Origin: an uncultured virus (IMG/VR IMGVR_UViG_3300031276_000162)
Lineage: Duplodnaviria > Heunggongvirae > Uroviricota > Caudoviricetes
DNA length: 20,000 nt
Reading direction: 5' to 3' (one strand)
Virus record (IMG/VR): IMGVR_UViG_3300031276_000162
The position numbers were made by a program, and so were the translations under genes. The notes beneath the pieces were generated by a model, which saw only the letters and a list, made by a program, of their open reading frames with translations, did not search any database and was not told where the DNA came from. This document shows positions 1-8,499 of the stretch, in pieces. Numbering within the stretch: position 1 is the first letter of the stretch; every line of letters starts with the position of its first letter.

Positions 1-14
1 CAGCAGGCGATCTG

Positions 15-680
15 ATGAAGGATGTGTTCGTGGTCATGGACGACCAGGGGCGTAAGATGGATGAGGAGGACATCCACCCCGGCGCGATGCTGATCGGCTA
101 CCAGCAGGGGTTCGAGCCCTACGTGTTCGCCGTGGTCGACCCCGAGGGCGACGAGGTACCAGAGTCGGACGCGGACGACGCGGTGGACGAGTACATTGCC
201 AAGGAGTTCGACGAGGAGGAGGCCGAGTCGTTCGAAGAGCCCACCTACATGGTGCGGGTGACCGAGGACGACCTGCCCGATTGGCCCGTCGCCTACATCG
301 TGGAGTACACGAACACCAACTCCAACGACTGGAGCGAGAACGGGTGGGGGGTGTTCACCTGCACGGTGCGAGATGACGCCATGGACGAGGTAGTGAGCGC
401 GCTCAAGGAGCGCTTCATCGAAGAGGTGTTCAGCGAGGAAGCGAAGGAAAAGGGCGACACGCCGGAGAAGGCCGATGACCGCGCCGTCTACTACATGTGG
501 ACGGACTGGGATGCGTACAGCCAAGAGGAGGTGGACGAGATGGAGGAGGCCGGGGAATATCCCGAGCACTCCACCGAGCTGGTCCAGATCAACAGCGTGA
601 AGCGCGTCGACCAAGCGGCGCTCGATGCATACGAGGAAAAGCACGGGGAGCCCGTGTTCGAGTACGACGCGACGGAGTAG
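15..680 (+). CDS. Hypothetical, extremely acidic protein (221 aa)
   Basis: Clean ORF with strong GC3 codon bias. The ATG overlaps a TGA (TGATG at 13-17), suggesting coupling to an upstream gene outside the window. Hand count gives about 66 Asp+Glu versus about 15 Lys+Arg. No recognised motif. Confidence 0.85.
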   Translation: MKDVFVVMDDQGRKMDEEDIHPGAMLIGYQQGFEPYVFAVVDPEGDEVPESDADDAVDEYIAKEFDEEEAESFEEPTYMVRVTEDDLPDWPVAYIVEYTNTNSNDWSENGWGVFTCTVRDDAMDEVVSALKERFIEEVFSEEAKEKGDTPEKADDRAVYYMWTDWDAYSQEEVDEMEEAGEYPEHSTELVQINSVKRVDQAALDAYEEKHGEPVFEYDATE

Positions 681-683
681 GGG

Positions 684-713
684 TTGCTTTAGCGCTGCGG
701 CGGTGGTTAAGCT
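684..713 (+). promoter_or_regulatory. Putative sigma70-type promoter TTGCTT-N18-TAAGCT upstream of the formyltransferase
   Basis: Lies in the 48 bp intergenic gap, in the right orientation, with the same 18 bp spacing as four other candidates in the window. Confidence 0.45.
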
Positions 714-728
714 AGCGGCGGAAACCCT

Positions 729-1454
729 GTGAACCTCATTCTCTGCGCCCACCACCAGATCGGCTGCCGCGTGCTGGAGTGGGTGTTGCGCGCCGGTTGC
801 GCCGACCGGTTGGCGGTATTCACGCACGTGAGCCGGGAGCACGAGGGCAACGTGCTGGAGTTAGCGCGTGCCCACGGTGTGACGGCCACGACGGCCAGCG
901 TCAACCGGGCGCCGCTGCCGTTCCGGCCGGACATCATCGCCAGCGTGTACTATCGCGGCATCATCAAGCCGCACGTCATCGAGGCGTGCGGGGGTCGGAT
1001 CTTCAATGCCCACCCGTCGCTGCTGCCCAACCATCGGGGCTGCTCGGCCGTGCCGTGGGCCATCATCGAGGGCGACGCGGTCACGGGCATGACTTACCAC
1101 TACATCGACGAGGGCATCGATACCGGCCGGGTGCTGGTGCAGGCCGCGGTGCAGATCGACCTGGACGAGACGCAGCTGTCGCTGTACGAGAAGTGCATGG
1201 CGGTGGGCGCGCGCTACTGGCCGGCCGCGTTCGAGCTGGTGCAGGCTGGTTTCCCAGGAGTGCCGCAGCTCGGCCGCCGGCAGAGCTACCATCGGCGCGG
1301 CTGTCCCTACGGCGGCGAGATCCAGCCGGGTTGGTCGCTCGATCAGGTGGAGCGCTTCATCCGTGCGATGCACTACCCGCCGCTGCCGGGAGCGCGATTT
1401 CGTGGTCGGCCGGTGGGTAGCGTGAAGGAGTACCGTGCGTTGCTGCCCGTCTAA
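729..1454 (+). CDS. N10-formyl-THF-dependent formyltransferase, probably NDP-amino-sugar N-formyltransferase (WbkC/WlaRD/ArnA-formyltransferase-like)
   Basis: GTG start. Motifs NAHPSLLPNHRG, PWAIIEGD..TGMTYH..DEGIDTG and C-terminal RFIRAMHYPPLPGA. At 241 aa it is too short for a full Fmt with its tRNA-binding domain, and it sits beside sugar-pathway genes. Confidence 0.85.
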   Translation: MNLILCAHHQIGCRVLEWVLRAGCADRLAVFTHVSREHEGNVLELARAHGVTATTASVNRAPLPFRPDIIASVYYRGIIKPHVIEACGGRIFNAHPSLLPNHRGCSAVPWAIIEGDAVTGMTYHYIDEGIDTGRVLVQAAVQIDLDETQLSLYEKCMAVGARYWPAAFELVQAGFPGVPQLGRRQSYHRRGCPYGGEIQPGWSLDQVERFIRAMHYPPLPGARFRGRPVGSVKEYRALLPV

Positions 1455-1543
1455 TCGTTCCTTGCCCTAATCCAAGACGTCGTCAGTCGGTACCTCAATG
1501 GGAAGCGGATCTCGGTTCACAGGACCGAACTCCTACCAGTCGT

Positions 1544-2752
1544 TCATGGTGAAGTCGCGCAGCAGCGAAAGCCGGTGGCGGGTTGGGGCAGGGAGCGCGC
1601 GGCGGAGGCGGGACTGTTGCAACGTAGGTTGCCGCTGGCCTGGGTGTTCCCGTAGCACCCTCCGCGGATCGGGCACTCATCGTTGGCTCCTCCCTCGATG
1701 GAGCACTCTCCCGTCCACTCCCACACATTGCCACTTAGGTCGAGCACACCCCTGTAGCTGGGTGCTGTGGCCTGGCAACTGGCCAAAGAGCCCACAGGCA
1801 GGGCGGTGTTGACGACGGGATCCGAGTTCCAATACTCGTATGAGTTGCACGCATCGGACACGTAGGTGCTGGAGGCGTAGGGGTAAATGTTCTGGCCGCC
1901 CGAGCTGCATGCGTTGTACCACTCGTCCTGTTCTGGATCGTTCAGGTCGACCGTTGTGGCTCCGCCGACTGCTCCGCATAGGTGCTTGCCCATGTCCTGA
2001 CAGTAGGCGTAGGCCGAGCACCAGTCGATGCAGGTGCGGGGGTGCGTGCCGCACTGGTCGCCGGCGCAGACCTTGGGGTGGGAAGTGCAGGCGGGGTCGG
2101 GGGCGAAGCTTGTCAGGTACGCACAGGCCGGCGGCATTGCGGGAGTCGGAGCGAGCGCGAGCCAACGGTCGTACTGGTCGCGGACGACCTCGGTCCGGTC
2201 GATCAGGTAGGAAACTCCGGCCGGGGTGGAGAGCGCGACCATGGCCGTGGAGCACATTCCGGAGCGGCACTGTTCTCCGAAAGCGCATTCGTCTTCGTCC
2301 TCCCAGGCGCCGCTTGCCGAGCAGAAGCGGGGCAGGCCGTTGCTGCATTTGCGCTCTCCTGGAATGCAGTCGTCTCCCCCGCCCCCAGCTCCTGCCCTGC
2401 CCCCCGTGGTCTGCGACTCTCCCCCACCGCCGAGTCCCGCTACACCTCCAGATGCCGGCTGACCGGCCGCGCCGGCTGATGCGCTGCTGGAGCCAGCCCC
2501 GCCGACCAGGTTGGAACCCCCTGCTGCCGCCGCCTGGCCGCCTTCAGGTGCCCCGGCGCTCCCAGCGCGCGCTACTACTGCCCCGCCCCCTCCATCTCCG
2601 CCAGACGTGGCGGGATGCGTCGCCTGGGCGCCTCCCATCCCGGCCCATCCCGCCGTGCCGGCAGAGAGGTCCCGTGGGTCGCCCCGCCGCGTGGAGCTGC
2701 CCGAGCATGCAGTGAGAGTGGAAAGCATTAGGAGCAGGGTGGCGGTTTTCAT
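1544..2752 (-). CDS. Lipoprotein with Gly/Ala-rich linker, Cys-rich repeat and C-terminal formylglycine-generating-enzyme (FGE/SUMF1, CLec-fold) domain
   Basis: Signal peptide with lipobox LTA-C and a GGAGG RBS. FGE motifs IDRTEV, CIDWCSAYAYC..GKHLC, EWYNAC, DLSGNVWEW, RGG.Y and GFRCC. Confidence 0.88.
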   Translation of the reverse strand: MKTATLLLMLSTLTACSGSSTRRGDPRDLSAGTAGWAGMGGAQATHPATSGGDGGGGAVVARAGSAGAPEGGQAAAAGGSNLVGGAGSSSASAGAAGQPASGGVAGLGGGGESQTTGGRAGAGGGGDDCIPGERKCSNGLPRFCSASGAWEDEDECAFGEQCRSGMCSTAMVALSTPAGVSYLIDRTEVVRDQYDRWLALAPTPAMPPACAYLTSFAPDPACTSHPKVCAGDQCGTHPRTCIDWCSAYAYCQDMGKHLCGAVGGATTVDLNDPEQDEWYNACSSGGQNIYPYASSTYVSDACNSYEYWNSDPVVNTALPVGSLASCQATAPSYRGVLDLSGNVWEWTGECSIEGGANDECPIRGGCYGNTQASGNLRCNSPASAARSLPQPATGFRCCATSP

Positions 2753-2807
2753 GATTGCCTCCGAATCGATCCTACGTTGCTGCTACCGGCGAGCTTCCCC
2801 TTGACCT

Positions 2808-3629
2808 TCAGATTTCTGCCAGCCGCCCCAACAACTCGTCCCAGTTCGTAGTGTAGAGGCACCCATGGGGCGCTTGTTGCCGTAGGAATGCGTCGACAAA
2901 GATCGGCTCGTGCCCACTCACGCACAGCGGTTTGCCCACCGCCGCGCTGAACACGAAGCCGCCTCCAATGCCGATGTGCACTGACGCCACCGCGTCCCGG
3001 ATGTAGGTGCAGTCCTGTCGCAGCTGAGCAAGTCTCATCTCGTGATCCGGACTGAAGGTGCCGATGGTCAGATCGGTCAGTTCAAGCGAGCGGCTTAGTT
3101 CTGAATAGATGGAGTAGATGCGCCCCGGTCCGTGTTCCCGGTACTCGCGGCTCGGCTCCATTTCCTGCTCGCCGAGCAGCACCAGTTGGTAGCGCTGGGC
3201 AAGCGACTGAAGGGCACGTAGCAGTTCGGGCCAGCGCGCATCGAACACCTTGCGGGGCATAAACCTCACCTTGGTGTTGAGCACCACGTAGGGGCGCTCC
3301 GTGTGTAGCGCCGGTCCAGCACAAAGCACGTTAGCTAGCCGTGGCCACTGCGGCCTGGCCCCGAAGTGGATGTACATGCACTCATCGGTGCAGTGTGTGG
3401 CTTGCAGTCCCGGCACTACGACGTAGGGGGGGCAGTCGAATATGAGCCGAGCGAAGCGGGTAGCAAAGTCGCGGTAGCGGGCACTCCGAAAGTGCAGAAT
3501 TTCGCGGGCGAAGCCCACCCGCACTTCACGACAGTGGGCCACCACTGGGTCGAGCTGCGCTCTGCCCAACACGAGATCCCCCAACCCGAGAGCCAGCCCT
3601 ATCTGGAAGCTTTCTGGTGCTCGATCCAT
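2808..3629 (-). CDS. Putative GT-B (GT9-like) glycosyltransferase, paralog family A copy 1
   Basis: N-terminal GLGD. Shares PYxxLxTKVR, LLGE, IYSIY, DLT, LRQDC and GIGG..A.G with three other ORFs in the window. Confidence 0.7.
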   Translation of the reverse strand: MDRAPESFQIGLALGLGDLVLGRAQLDPVVAHCREVRVGFAREILHFRSARYRDFATRFARLIFDCPPYVVVPGLQATHCTDECMYIHFGARPQWPRLANVLCAGPALHTERPYVVLNTKVRFMPRKVFDARWPELLRALQSLAQRYQLVLLGEQEMEPSREYREHGPGRIYSIYSELSRSLELTDLTIGTFSPDHEMRLAQLRQDCTYIRDAVASVHIGIGGGFVFSAAVGKPLCVSGHEPIFVDAFLRQQAPHGCLYTTNWDELLGRLAEI

Positions 3630-3647
3630 GCCGTCCCGCCCAGGTGG

Positions 3648-3677
3648 AGATTGCCACTACGCTGGGCTGCGCACCAA
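3648..3677 (-). promoter_or_regulatory. Putative promoter TTGGTG-N18-CAATCT (with TG extension) for the 3629 gene
   Basis: In the divergent 3630-3694 gap, 18 bp spacer, TGG immediately before the -10. Confidence 0.35.
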
Positions 3678-3686
3678 TGATAACAT
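3678..3686 (+). promoter_or_regulatory. Putative extended -10 (TGA-TAACAT) 8 nt before ATG 3695; possible leaderless transcript
   Basis: TGnTAnnnT match. No clear Shine-Dalgarno between it and the ATG. Confidence 0.4.
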
Positions 3687-3694
3687 AGGCGCCC

Positions 3695-4687
3695 ATGGTC
3701 ATCTATGTTGCTTTCCCCGAAGATCCGGATGCCTACCCCGAGCGGGAGAGCATCAACCCCAACGTCGTGGCGTGCCACTTCATCTACTACGCGCTCAAGC
3801 GCAAGTTCGGGGAGAAGGTGGAGTTTCTACACTGGAGTCTGCGGCCGGACTATCAGCCCGAGGACGTGGTGGTGGGTCTGCTGCCGGGCCAGAGCCTGAA
3901 CTACTGGCCGCGCCGGGTGGTGGTGAGCAACGATAACTTCGACGTGAACAAGTGGAAGCACGGGAAGTTCTCCAAGTACGGGATGAACTTTCAGACGGAT
4001 CACACGTTCGGCTACAACCATGTGCTGAAGGACTCATGGGCTTGCGTCTTCATGACCAACGACGTGGCCATCAAGAAGTGGGATGAGGACCACCCCGACG
4101 TGAAGGAGAAGAAGGATTGGCTGCTCGACAATGTGGGAAGCATGCGCTTGATGCAGCACCCATTGGACAAGGAGCGGCTGGGAGCGAAGTTTGATCCTAA
4201 CCGTCGCTACGACCACTTGCGTATGCTGATCTACCACGACGGCTGGCGCAAAAATGCCCAGCAGCTCATCGACCTGCTGGGGCGCATCGGGCTCAAGCAG
4301 AAGGTGAGCTACGACGTGACGGGATGGGTAGACAAGACCAACCCTGGCAAGATCGACGCCGTGCTCAAACACTACGCCTACCTCGCTCACGTCAGCGTGA
4401 GCGAGGGGTTCCCCTACATGGCCAATGAGTTTCTGTGTCAGGGACTGCTCCTGTACGGACACGAGGAGTGGTGGGACGGGTACGGTTACCAGGGATTGCG
4501 GTGGACCTACGACCCAGATCGTGAGGCCCAGAACGTCGCGTCGCTCAAACTGATTCTGGGTGACGCCTACAAGGAGCAGTATTACCAGATTCGCGACGAC
4601 GTATGGAGCCGGCACATGAACCGTACGGACAACACGTGGGAGGCGTTCAGCGCGGCCGTAGTGGAAGAGGTGGAGCGCCACCTATGA
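3695..4687 (+). CDS. Divergent GT4-like (GT-B retaining) glycosyltransferase
   Basis: RKNAQQLI resembles the GT4 RKN/G..LI motif. SVSEGFPYMANEFLCQG matches the GT4 EX7E motif (S.EGFP....EA...G). Confidence 0.7.
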   Translation: MVIYVAFPEDPDAYPERESINPNVVACHFIYYALKRKFGEKVEFLHWSLRPDYQPEDVVVGLLPGQSLNYWPRRVVVSNDNFDVNKWKHGKFSKYGMNFQTDHTFGYNHVLKDSWACVFMTNDVAIKKWDEDHPDVKEKKDWLLDNVGSMRLMQHPLDKERLGAKFDPNRRYDHLRMLIYHDGWRKNAQQLIDLLGRIGLKQKVSYDVTGWVDKTNPGKIDAVLKHYAYLAHVSVSEGFPYMANEFLCQGLLLYGHEEWWDGYGYQGLRWTYDPDREAQNVASLKLILGDAYKEQYYQIRDDVWSRHMNRTDNTWEAFSAAVVEEVERHL

Positions 4688-5589
4688 AGCTTCTGGTCAC
4701 CACCAGTCAGGGCGGTCTGCTGTACGACCCCGAAACGCGCCGCAAGACGCCGGTGGAGCGGGGTGCGGAGGGGAGCACGGACTGTTTTGGTGTGACCTGG
4801 ACGCGGCAGGGTCGGTTGTACATCGCCTGGCGCTTTCCGGCTCAGATCCTGGAGTATGATGAAAAGCTCGCGCCCACGGGTCGTCGCCTGATTTCGCCGC
4901 ATGGAGAGAGCTTCGACAAGCAAAAGCTCAACTGTGCGCCCCACCAGCTGCTGTGCATCGGCAACTTCATTCTGGTGGCTGATACGGGGTGGAACGAGGT
5001 GACCGTTTTCGATGCCGACACGTTGCAGTGCGTCAGTCGTTGGTGCCCGCACGTGGATACGCAGCCGGACGGGGCACGTTCGGAGTGTCGCCACTACAAC
5101 TCACTGTACTACGAGCCAGGTGTCCTTTGGACTGTAGCTCACATGCATACCCAGCAGGAGTCGCGCGTATGGTGCGTGAGCTACGACGAGGAGCGCGGTC
5201 AGGTGGGCGGTCTGCTGGCTACTGTCGACTGTGGTTGGGGGGCGCACAACATTTTTCGGCTGGGCGGCAAGCTGGCCATCTGTGATTCGATGCGCCACCG
5301 GGTGCGCTACATTGGGGGCGAGCAAACCACTATTTACCAGGAGCCATCCTCGGCGGTGCTACGGGGGGTATGTTTGCCTGAGCCGGAACAGCTTGCGGTG
5401 GTCGGTGGCTCGCAATTAACGGTGCAGAGGGAGTGCCGTTGGTCTGGCGGCGGCTGGTTGCTCATCTGGCGTAACCCGGGTATGCGGGGAGATCCGGAGA
5501 TGCACGAGCTAGGCCCGGGTCCTGTGCAGGATGTGCGCTGTCTGGACAGCCCGGACGCGGCTCACTCGCCGGTAGCACCTTTCTGGTGA
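4684..5589 (+). CDS. Probable beta-propeller protein (loosely TIGR03032/DUF4915-like) associated with the glycosylation locus
   Basis: True start is likely ATG 4684 (ATGA overlap with the GT4 stop), giving MKLLVTTSQGG. Repeated blade-like motifs FGVTW, APHQL, VADTG, HYNSL, AHNI, ICDS, LRGV and VGGS. Confidence 0.6.
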   Translation: MKLLVTTSQGGLLYDPETRRKTPVERGAEGSTDCFGVTWTRQGRLYIAWRFPAQILEYDEKLAPTGRRLISPHGESFDKQKLNCAPHQLLCIGNFILVADTGWNEVTVFDADTLQCVSRWCPHVDTQPDGARSECRHYNSLYYEPGVLWTVAHMHTQQESRVWCVSYDEERGQVGGLLATVDCGWGAHNIFRLGGKLAICDSMRHRVRYIGGEQTTIYQEPSSAVLRGVCLPEPEQLAVVGGSQLTVQRECRWSGGGWLLIWRNPGMRGDPEMHELGPGPVQDVRCLDSPDAAHSPVAPFW

Positions 5590-6254
5590 CCGGACTTATC
5601 GCATTGCCGGTAGCGCACGAGCCACTTGCCCAAACGCTCAGGTACCAGGCCAGCCCGCTCGGACATCACCTCCACTGAGCGGCCGAGGAAGAAGAAGCAG
5701 TGGTACTTGGAGTGGGCGTACTCGTACTCATAGCAGGGTGTGCGGTGGAGCATAGTACCGCCCGGTGCCAGGTAACCGAGCATCTCGACCAGCGCGGCAA
5801 CTGGGTCCTGAAAGTGCTCCAGCACGTTGTTCGACATGATCCCATCGAATTGCGCCCGGGCCGGTAGCTGGGCGCGGATGAGCGGTCGCGTCTGGGCCAG
5901 GAAGGGATCGTAGCCCGTTAGGCGCACCCCCTGCGTGCGCGCCTCGCTGCATGCTCTGGAGATGGCCCCCGAGCCCCAATTGAGATAGCTGTGCCCGATC
6001 TGTGGTGGAAATTGTGCCAGCACGGCCAGCTCATCGTCTGTGGCGTCGTAGCGAGCGGGGTGGCGAGCATGCAGTTGTCGGTACTCCTCCGCTAGCTCCT
6101 CTGCGTTGAGTGCTAGCATACGCTCAGTACCGAAAACCACGCCGCAGTCAGGGCACTCATATCGCACTAGCTCTTCCTGACTAAAGAAGCACCGGGAGCG
6201 CCGGATCTTCATAAAAGGCCCGCCACTCAGGCAGATGGGACAGGTGCTGGGCAT
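5562..6254 (-). CDS. Class I SAM-dependent methyltransferase (Methyltransf_23-like) with N-terminal Zn-ribbon
   Basis: Start taken at ATG 6254 (MPSTCPIC). CPIC...CPDC pair, motif I LNWGSG, GYDP, and FDGIMSNNVLEHFQDP...LAPGG. Its 3' end overlaps the convergent propeller gene by 28 bp. Confidence 0.82.
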   Translation of the reverse strand: MPSTCPICLSGGPFMKIRRSRCFFSQEELVRYECPDCGVVFGTERMLALNAEELAEEYRQLHARHPARYDATDDELAVLAQFPPQIGHSYLNWGSGAISRACSEARTQGVRLTGYDPFLAQTRPLIRAQLPARAQFDGIMSNNVLEHFQDPVAALVEMLGYLAPGGTMLHRTPCYEYEYAHSKYHCFFFLGRSVEVMSERAGLVPERLGKWLVRYRQCDKSGHQKGATGE

Positions 6255-6874
6255 GCAACCGCGCGGAGCGCAAATATGGCGTTGTTGTGGTCGGTACCGT
6301 GGAGCAGATAGTGCCGGTGGAGCATGTCGACTAAAGGCTGCAGGCCGACAATCCAGTGCTCGACGCACAGGATCTCCGGTAGGGCGATGGCCCGTTGGAT
6401 CATGGGCTGCAGCACTTGCAACTCGGTACCCTCTACGTCTAGCACCATGAGCTGTGGTTGAGGGAGGTCGAGCGCCTCAACGAGATATGGGTAGGTTCGG
6501 CACTGGACTTGGTATTGCTCGAAAGCGCAATCCTTGTGGCGCAGCGCGGCCAGGTGCTCAGTGGTGTGGCAGAGGGAACCTTGCCCGAAGTCACGCCCAT
6601 GGACCGGGTGGATTGCGTGGCGGAATGGGGCCACGCAGTTCTGATCCCAAAGGGCTAGCTGCAGGTTGAGCGCGTGAGGGCGGTTGGAGCAGAGCCGGCG
6701 GTACAGATCCGGCACGGGCTCCAGGTTGAGACCACGCCAGCCCTGGTCGCGCTCCAGGGGCAGGCCCACTGCATCGATGAGACCATCGAAGGCGCCCGCC
6801 TCGATGAAGAACCCTGGCCGAGCCGGGAGCAGGCCATTGCGCGCCAAGTACCTGCTAGGACCGTATAGAGGCAC
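6227..6874 (-). CDS. FkbM-family methyltransferase
   Basis: FFIEAGAFDG...LE...GWRGLNLEP....L..NRP, LDVEGTELQVL, ILCVEH. Confidence 0.88.
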   Translation of the reverse strand: MPLYGPSRYLARNGLLPARPGFFIEAGAFDGLIDAVGLPLERDQGWRGLNLEPVPDLYRRLCSNRPHALNLQLALWDQNCVAPFRHAIHPVHGRDFGQGSLCHTTEHLAALRHKDCAFEQYQVQCRTYPYLVEALDLPQPQLMVLDVEGTELQVLQPMIQRAIALPEILCVEHWIVGLQPLVDMLHRHYLLHGTDHNNAIFALRAVACPAPVPSA

Positions 6875-6877
6875 GGA

Positions 6878-7684
6878 CTACAGCTCCGAGAGAAGGTGGA
6901 GAAACTCGTCGGCGTTGCGCAGCACGTTGGCATGCGCCACTGGACCCTGGTTGTAGAGGTAGTTGAACACGGGATTGGGATCCGTGCGCCAGCCCAGCGT
7001 CTCGCCCACAGCAGTGATGACGCAGAACAGTCCTGACAGCCCGATGGTGATACACCGGTGGGCATCGCGCATGTAGGTGCAGTCCTGGCGTAGCTTGCTC
7101 AGGTTGGGCACAGTCAGCCCTAGCCGAGGCACGGTGAGATCCACTAGGGGCAGCTCGTCCTTCATGTCCTGGTATATGGAGTAGACGTTGTCGGCCCCGT
7201 GGACTGCATACTCCTCATTGTACTCGACCTCGCGCTCACCAGTGAGTACCAGGTCGTAGCGATCTGACAGAGTGCGGAGCGCCTGGTAGAAACGGGGACG
7301 CATCTCCTCATACTGTTTGCGGTGCAGATCTCGCACCTTCGTCATAAGCAGCAGGTAAGGCCGGTCGAGCGCGAGGGACTCCCCCGCACACAGCAAGTGT
7401 GGCAGCCATGGCTTCTGGGGCAGGATGTGGTCCTCCTGCCAGATCCCGTAGTTGTTCGTAGCCTTGGCCTGCGAGTGAGGAGCGATCACGTAGGGAGAGT
7501 CGAGAAACAGCACACGAGCGAGATCCAACACGAAGGGGCGATGCCCCTCAGTACGGCAGTGCAGAAACTCCCAACGGAAGCCGACCTCAATGCAATCAAA
7601 GCGATCTCGCACCGCATCCATCTGCGCGCGGTGATAGATCAGATTGCCGATACCGATGGGAATGCGTGCAGCGTAGGTGGTCAC
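6878..7684 (-). CDS. Putative GT9-like glycosyltransferase, family A copy 2
   Basis: GIGN, PYLLLMTKVR, LTGE, VYSIY, DLT, LRQDC. GTG start overlaps the stop of copy 3. Confidence 0.7.
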   Translation of the reverse strand: MTTYAARIPIGIGNLIYHRAQMDAVRDRFDCIEVGFRWEFLHCRTEGHRPFVLDLARVLFLDSPYVIAPHSQAKATNNYGIWQEDHILPQKPWLPHLLCAGESLALDRPYLLLMTKVRDLHRKQYEEMRPRFYQALRTLSDRYDLVLTGEREVEYNEEYAVHGADNVYSIYQDMKDELPLVDLTVPRLGLTVPNLSKLRQDCTYMRDAHRCITIGLSGLFCVITAVGETLGWRTDPNPVFNYLYNQGPVAHANVLRNADEFLHLLSEL

Positions 7685-8493
7685 GGGATGGCTTCGAGGC
7701 GCTCAATGAACTCCCGCCAGTTGCCAGTCACAAAAGCCTGGTCGGTGCGAGCAAGCGCGAGTACGGACGTGATGCATTCAAAACCCGAGCAACAGTGCAG
7801 TGCCAGGGTGTTGCCGGTGGCGATTGCCAAGGAGGTGTTGCCTCCAATGCCGAAGTTAATGTTCAGAACGGCGTGGTGCATAAGTGAGCAGTCGCGCCGC
7901 AGGCGAGACAGCCCGAAACCTGCGGTGTCATAGGCGCCGAAGGTGCGGTCCAGCACGGGTATCTGCTCGGCAATGACGTCCTCGTAGATGGAGTAGATGG
8001 CGTCCGGGCCCCAGTGGGTGTACTCGCCAATGCGGGCCAGTTTGCGCTCGCCGAGCAGCAGTATGGGGTAGCGCCCGCTCAGCTGGCGTAGCACCGAGAA
8101 GAACGGCTCCCGGATGAAATCGAAGGCCGGGCGACCCCAGAAGCGTACCTTGGTGTTGAGAGTGAGGTAGGGAGTATCGGGAATGGGAGCGTCGGGTATG
8201 CACAGCAGTTCAGAAAAGTAGGGAAGCTGCGGCGGCATCCCTTCCTGGTACAGGTCGCAGTAGGTCTTGTAGGGGAAGCGCCCATCGGCCACAAACTCAT
8301 AGGGGGGTGAAGTAAACAGCAATTGCGCAAACTGCGAGCCGAAGTCGCGGTAGCCGTGGTCACGCATCTCCAGCTGTTGCCAGTTAAGGGTGACACGGAC
8401 CCGCGCGAGTCTATCGCGTTGTGTGTCGAGGGTGGCCCGGGCGTAGAGTTGCTCGCCTAAAGCCAGGGGCAGGCAGATGCTGTAGTCAGCCAC
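7681..8493 (-). CDS. Putative GT9-like glycosyltransferase, family A copy 3
   Basis: ALGE, PYLTLNTKVR, LLGE, IYSIY, DRT, LRRDC, FGIGG..LA.ATG. Confidence 0.7.
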   Translation of the reverse strand: MADYSICLPLALGEQLYARATLDTQRDRLARVRVTLNWQQLEMRDHGYRDFGSQFAQLLFTSPPYEFVADGRFPYKTYCDLYQEGMPPQLPYFSELLCIPDAPIPDTPYLTLNTKVRFWGRPAFDFIREPFFSVLRQLSGRYPILLLGERKLARIGEYTHWGPDAIYSIYEDVIAEQIPVLDRTFGAYDTAGFGLSRLRRDCSLMHHAVLNINFGIGGNTSLAIATGNTLALHCCSGFECITSVLALARTDQAFVTGNWREFIERLEAIP

Positions 8494-8499
8494 GCGCCC

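Noticed and set aside
729..1454. Methionyl-tRNA formyltransferase (fmt) or PurN
   Set aside because: It lacks the Fmt N-terminal FMGTP motif and full C-terminal domain, and has no def or pur neighbours. The sugar-pathway context fits better.
1512..1528. Hairpin TCGGT-N7-ACCGA between convergent genes as a terminator
   Set aside because: The stem is short and there is no U-tract on either strand.
1544..1670. C-terminus of the FGE/CLec domain (RGG...GFRCC) as the variable region of a diversity-generating retroelement
   Set aside because: I found no template-repeat copy and no reverse transcriptase in the window, and such lipoproteins are common without DGRs. A remote template repeat elsewhere on the contig cannot be excluded.
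2380..2680. G/C-rich low-complexity tract as a tandem repeat element
   Set aside because: It is explained by the Gly/Ala/Ser linker of the lipoprotein, and I see no fixed repeat unit.
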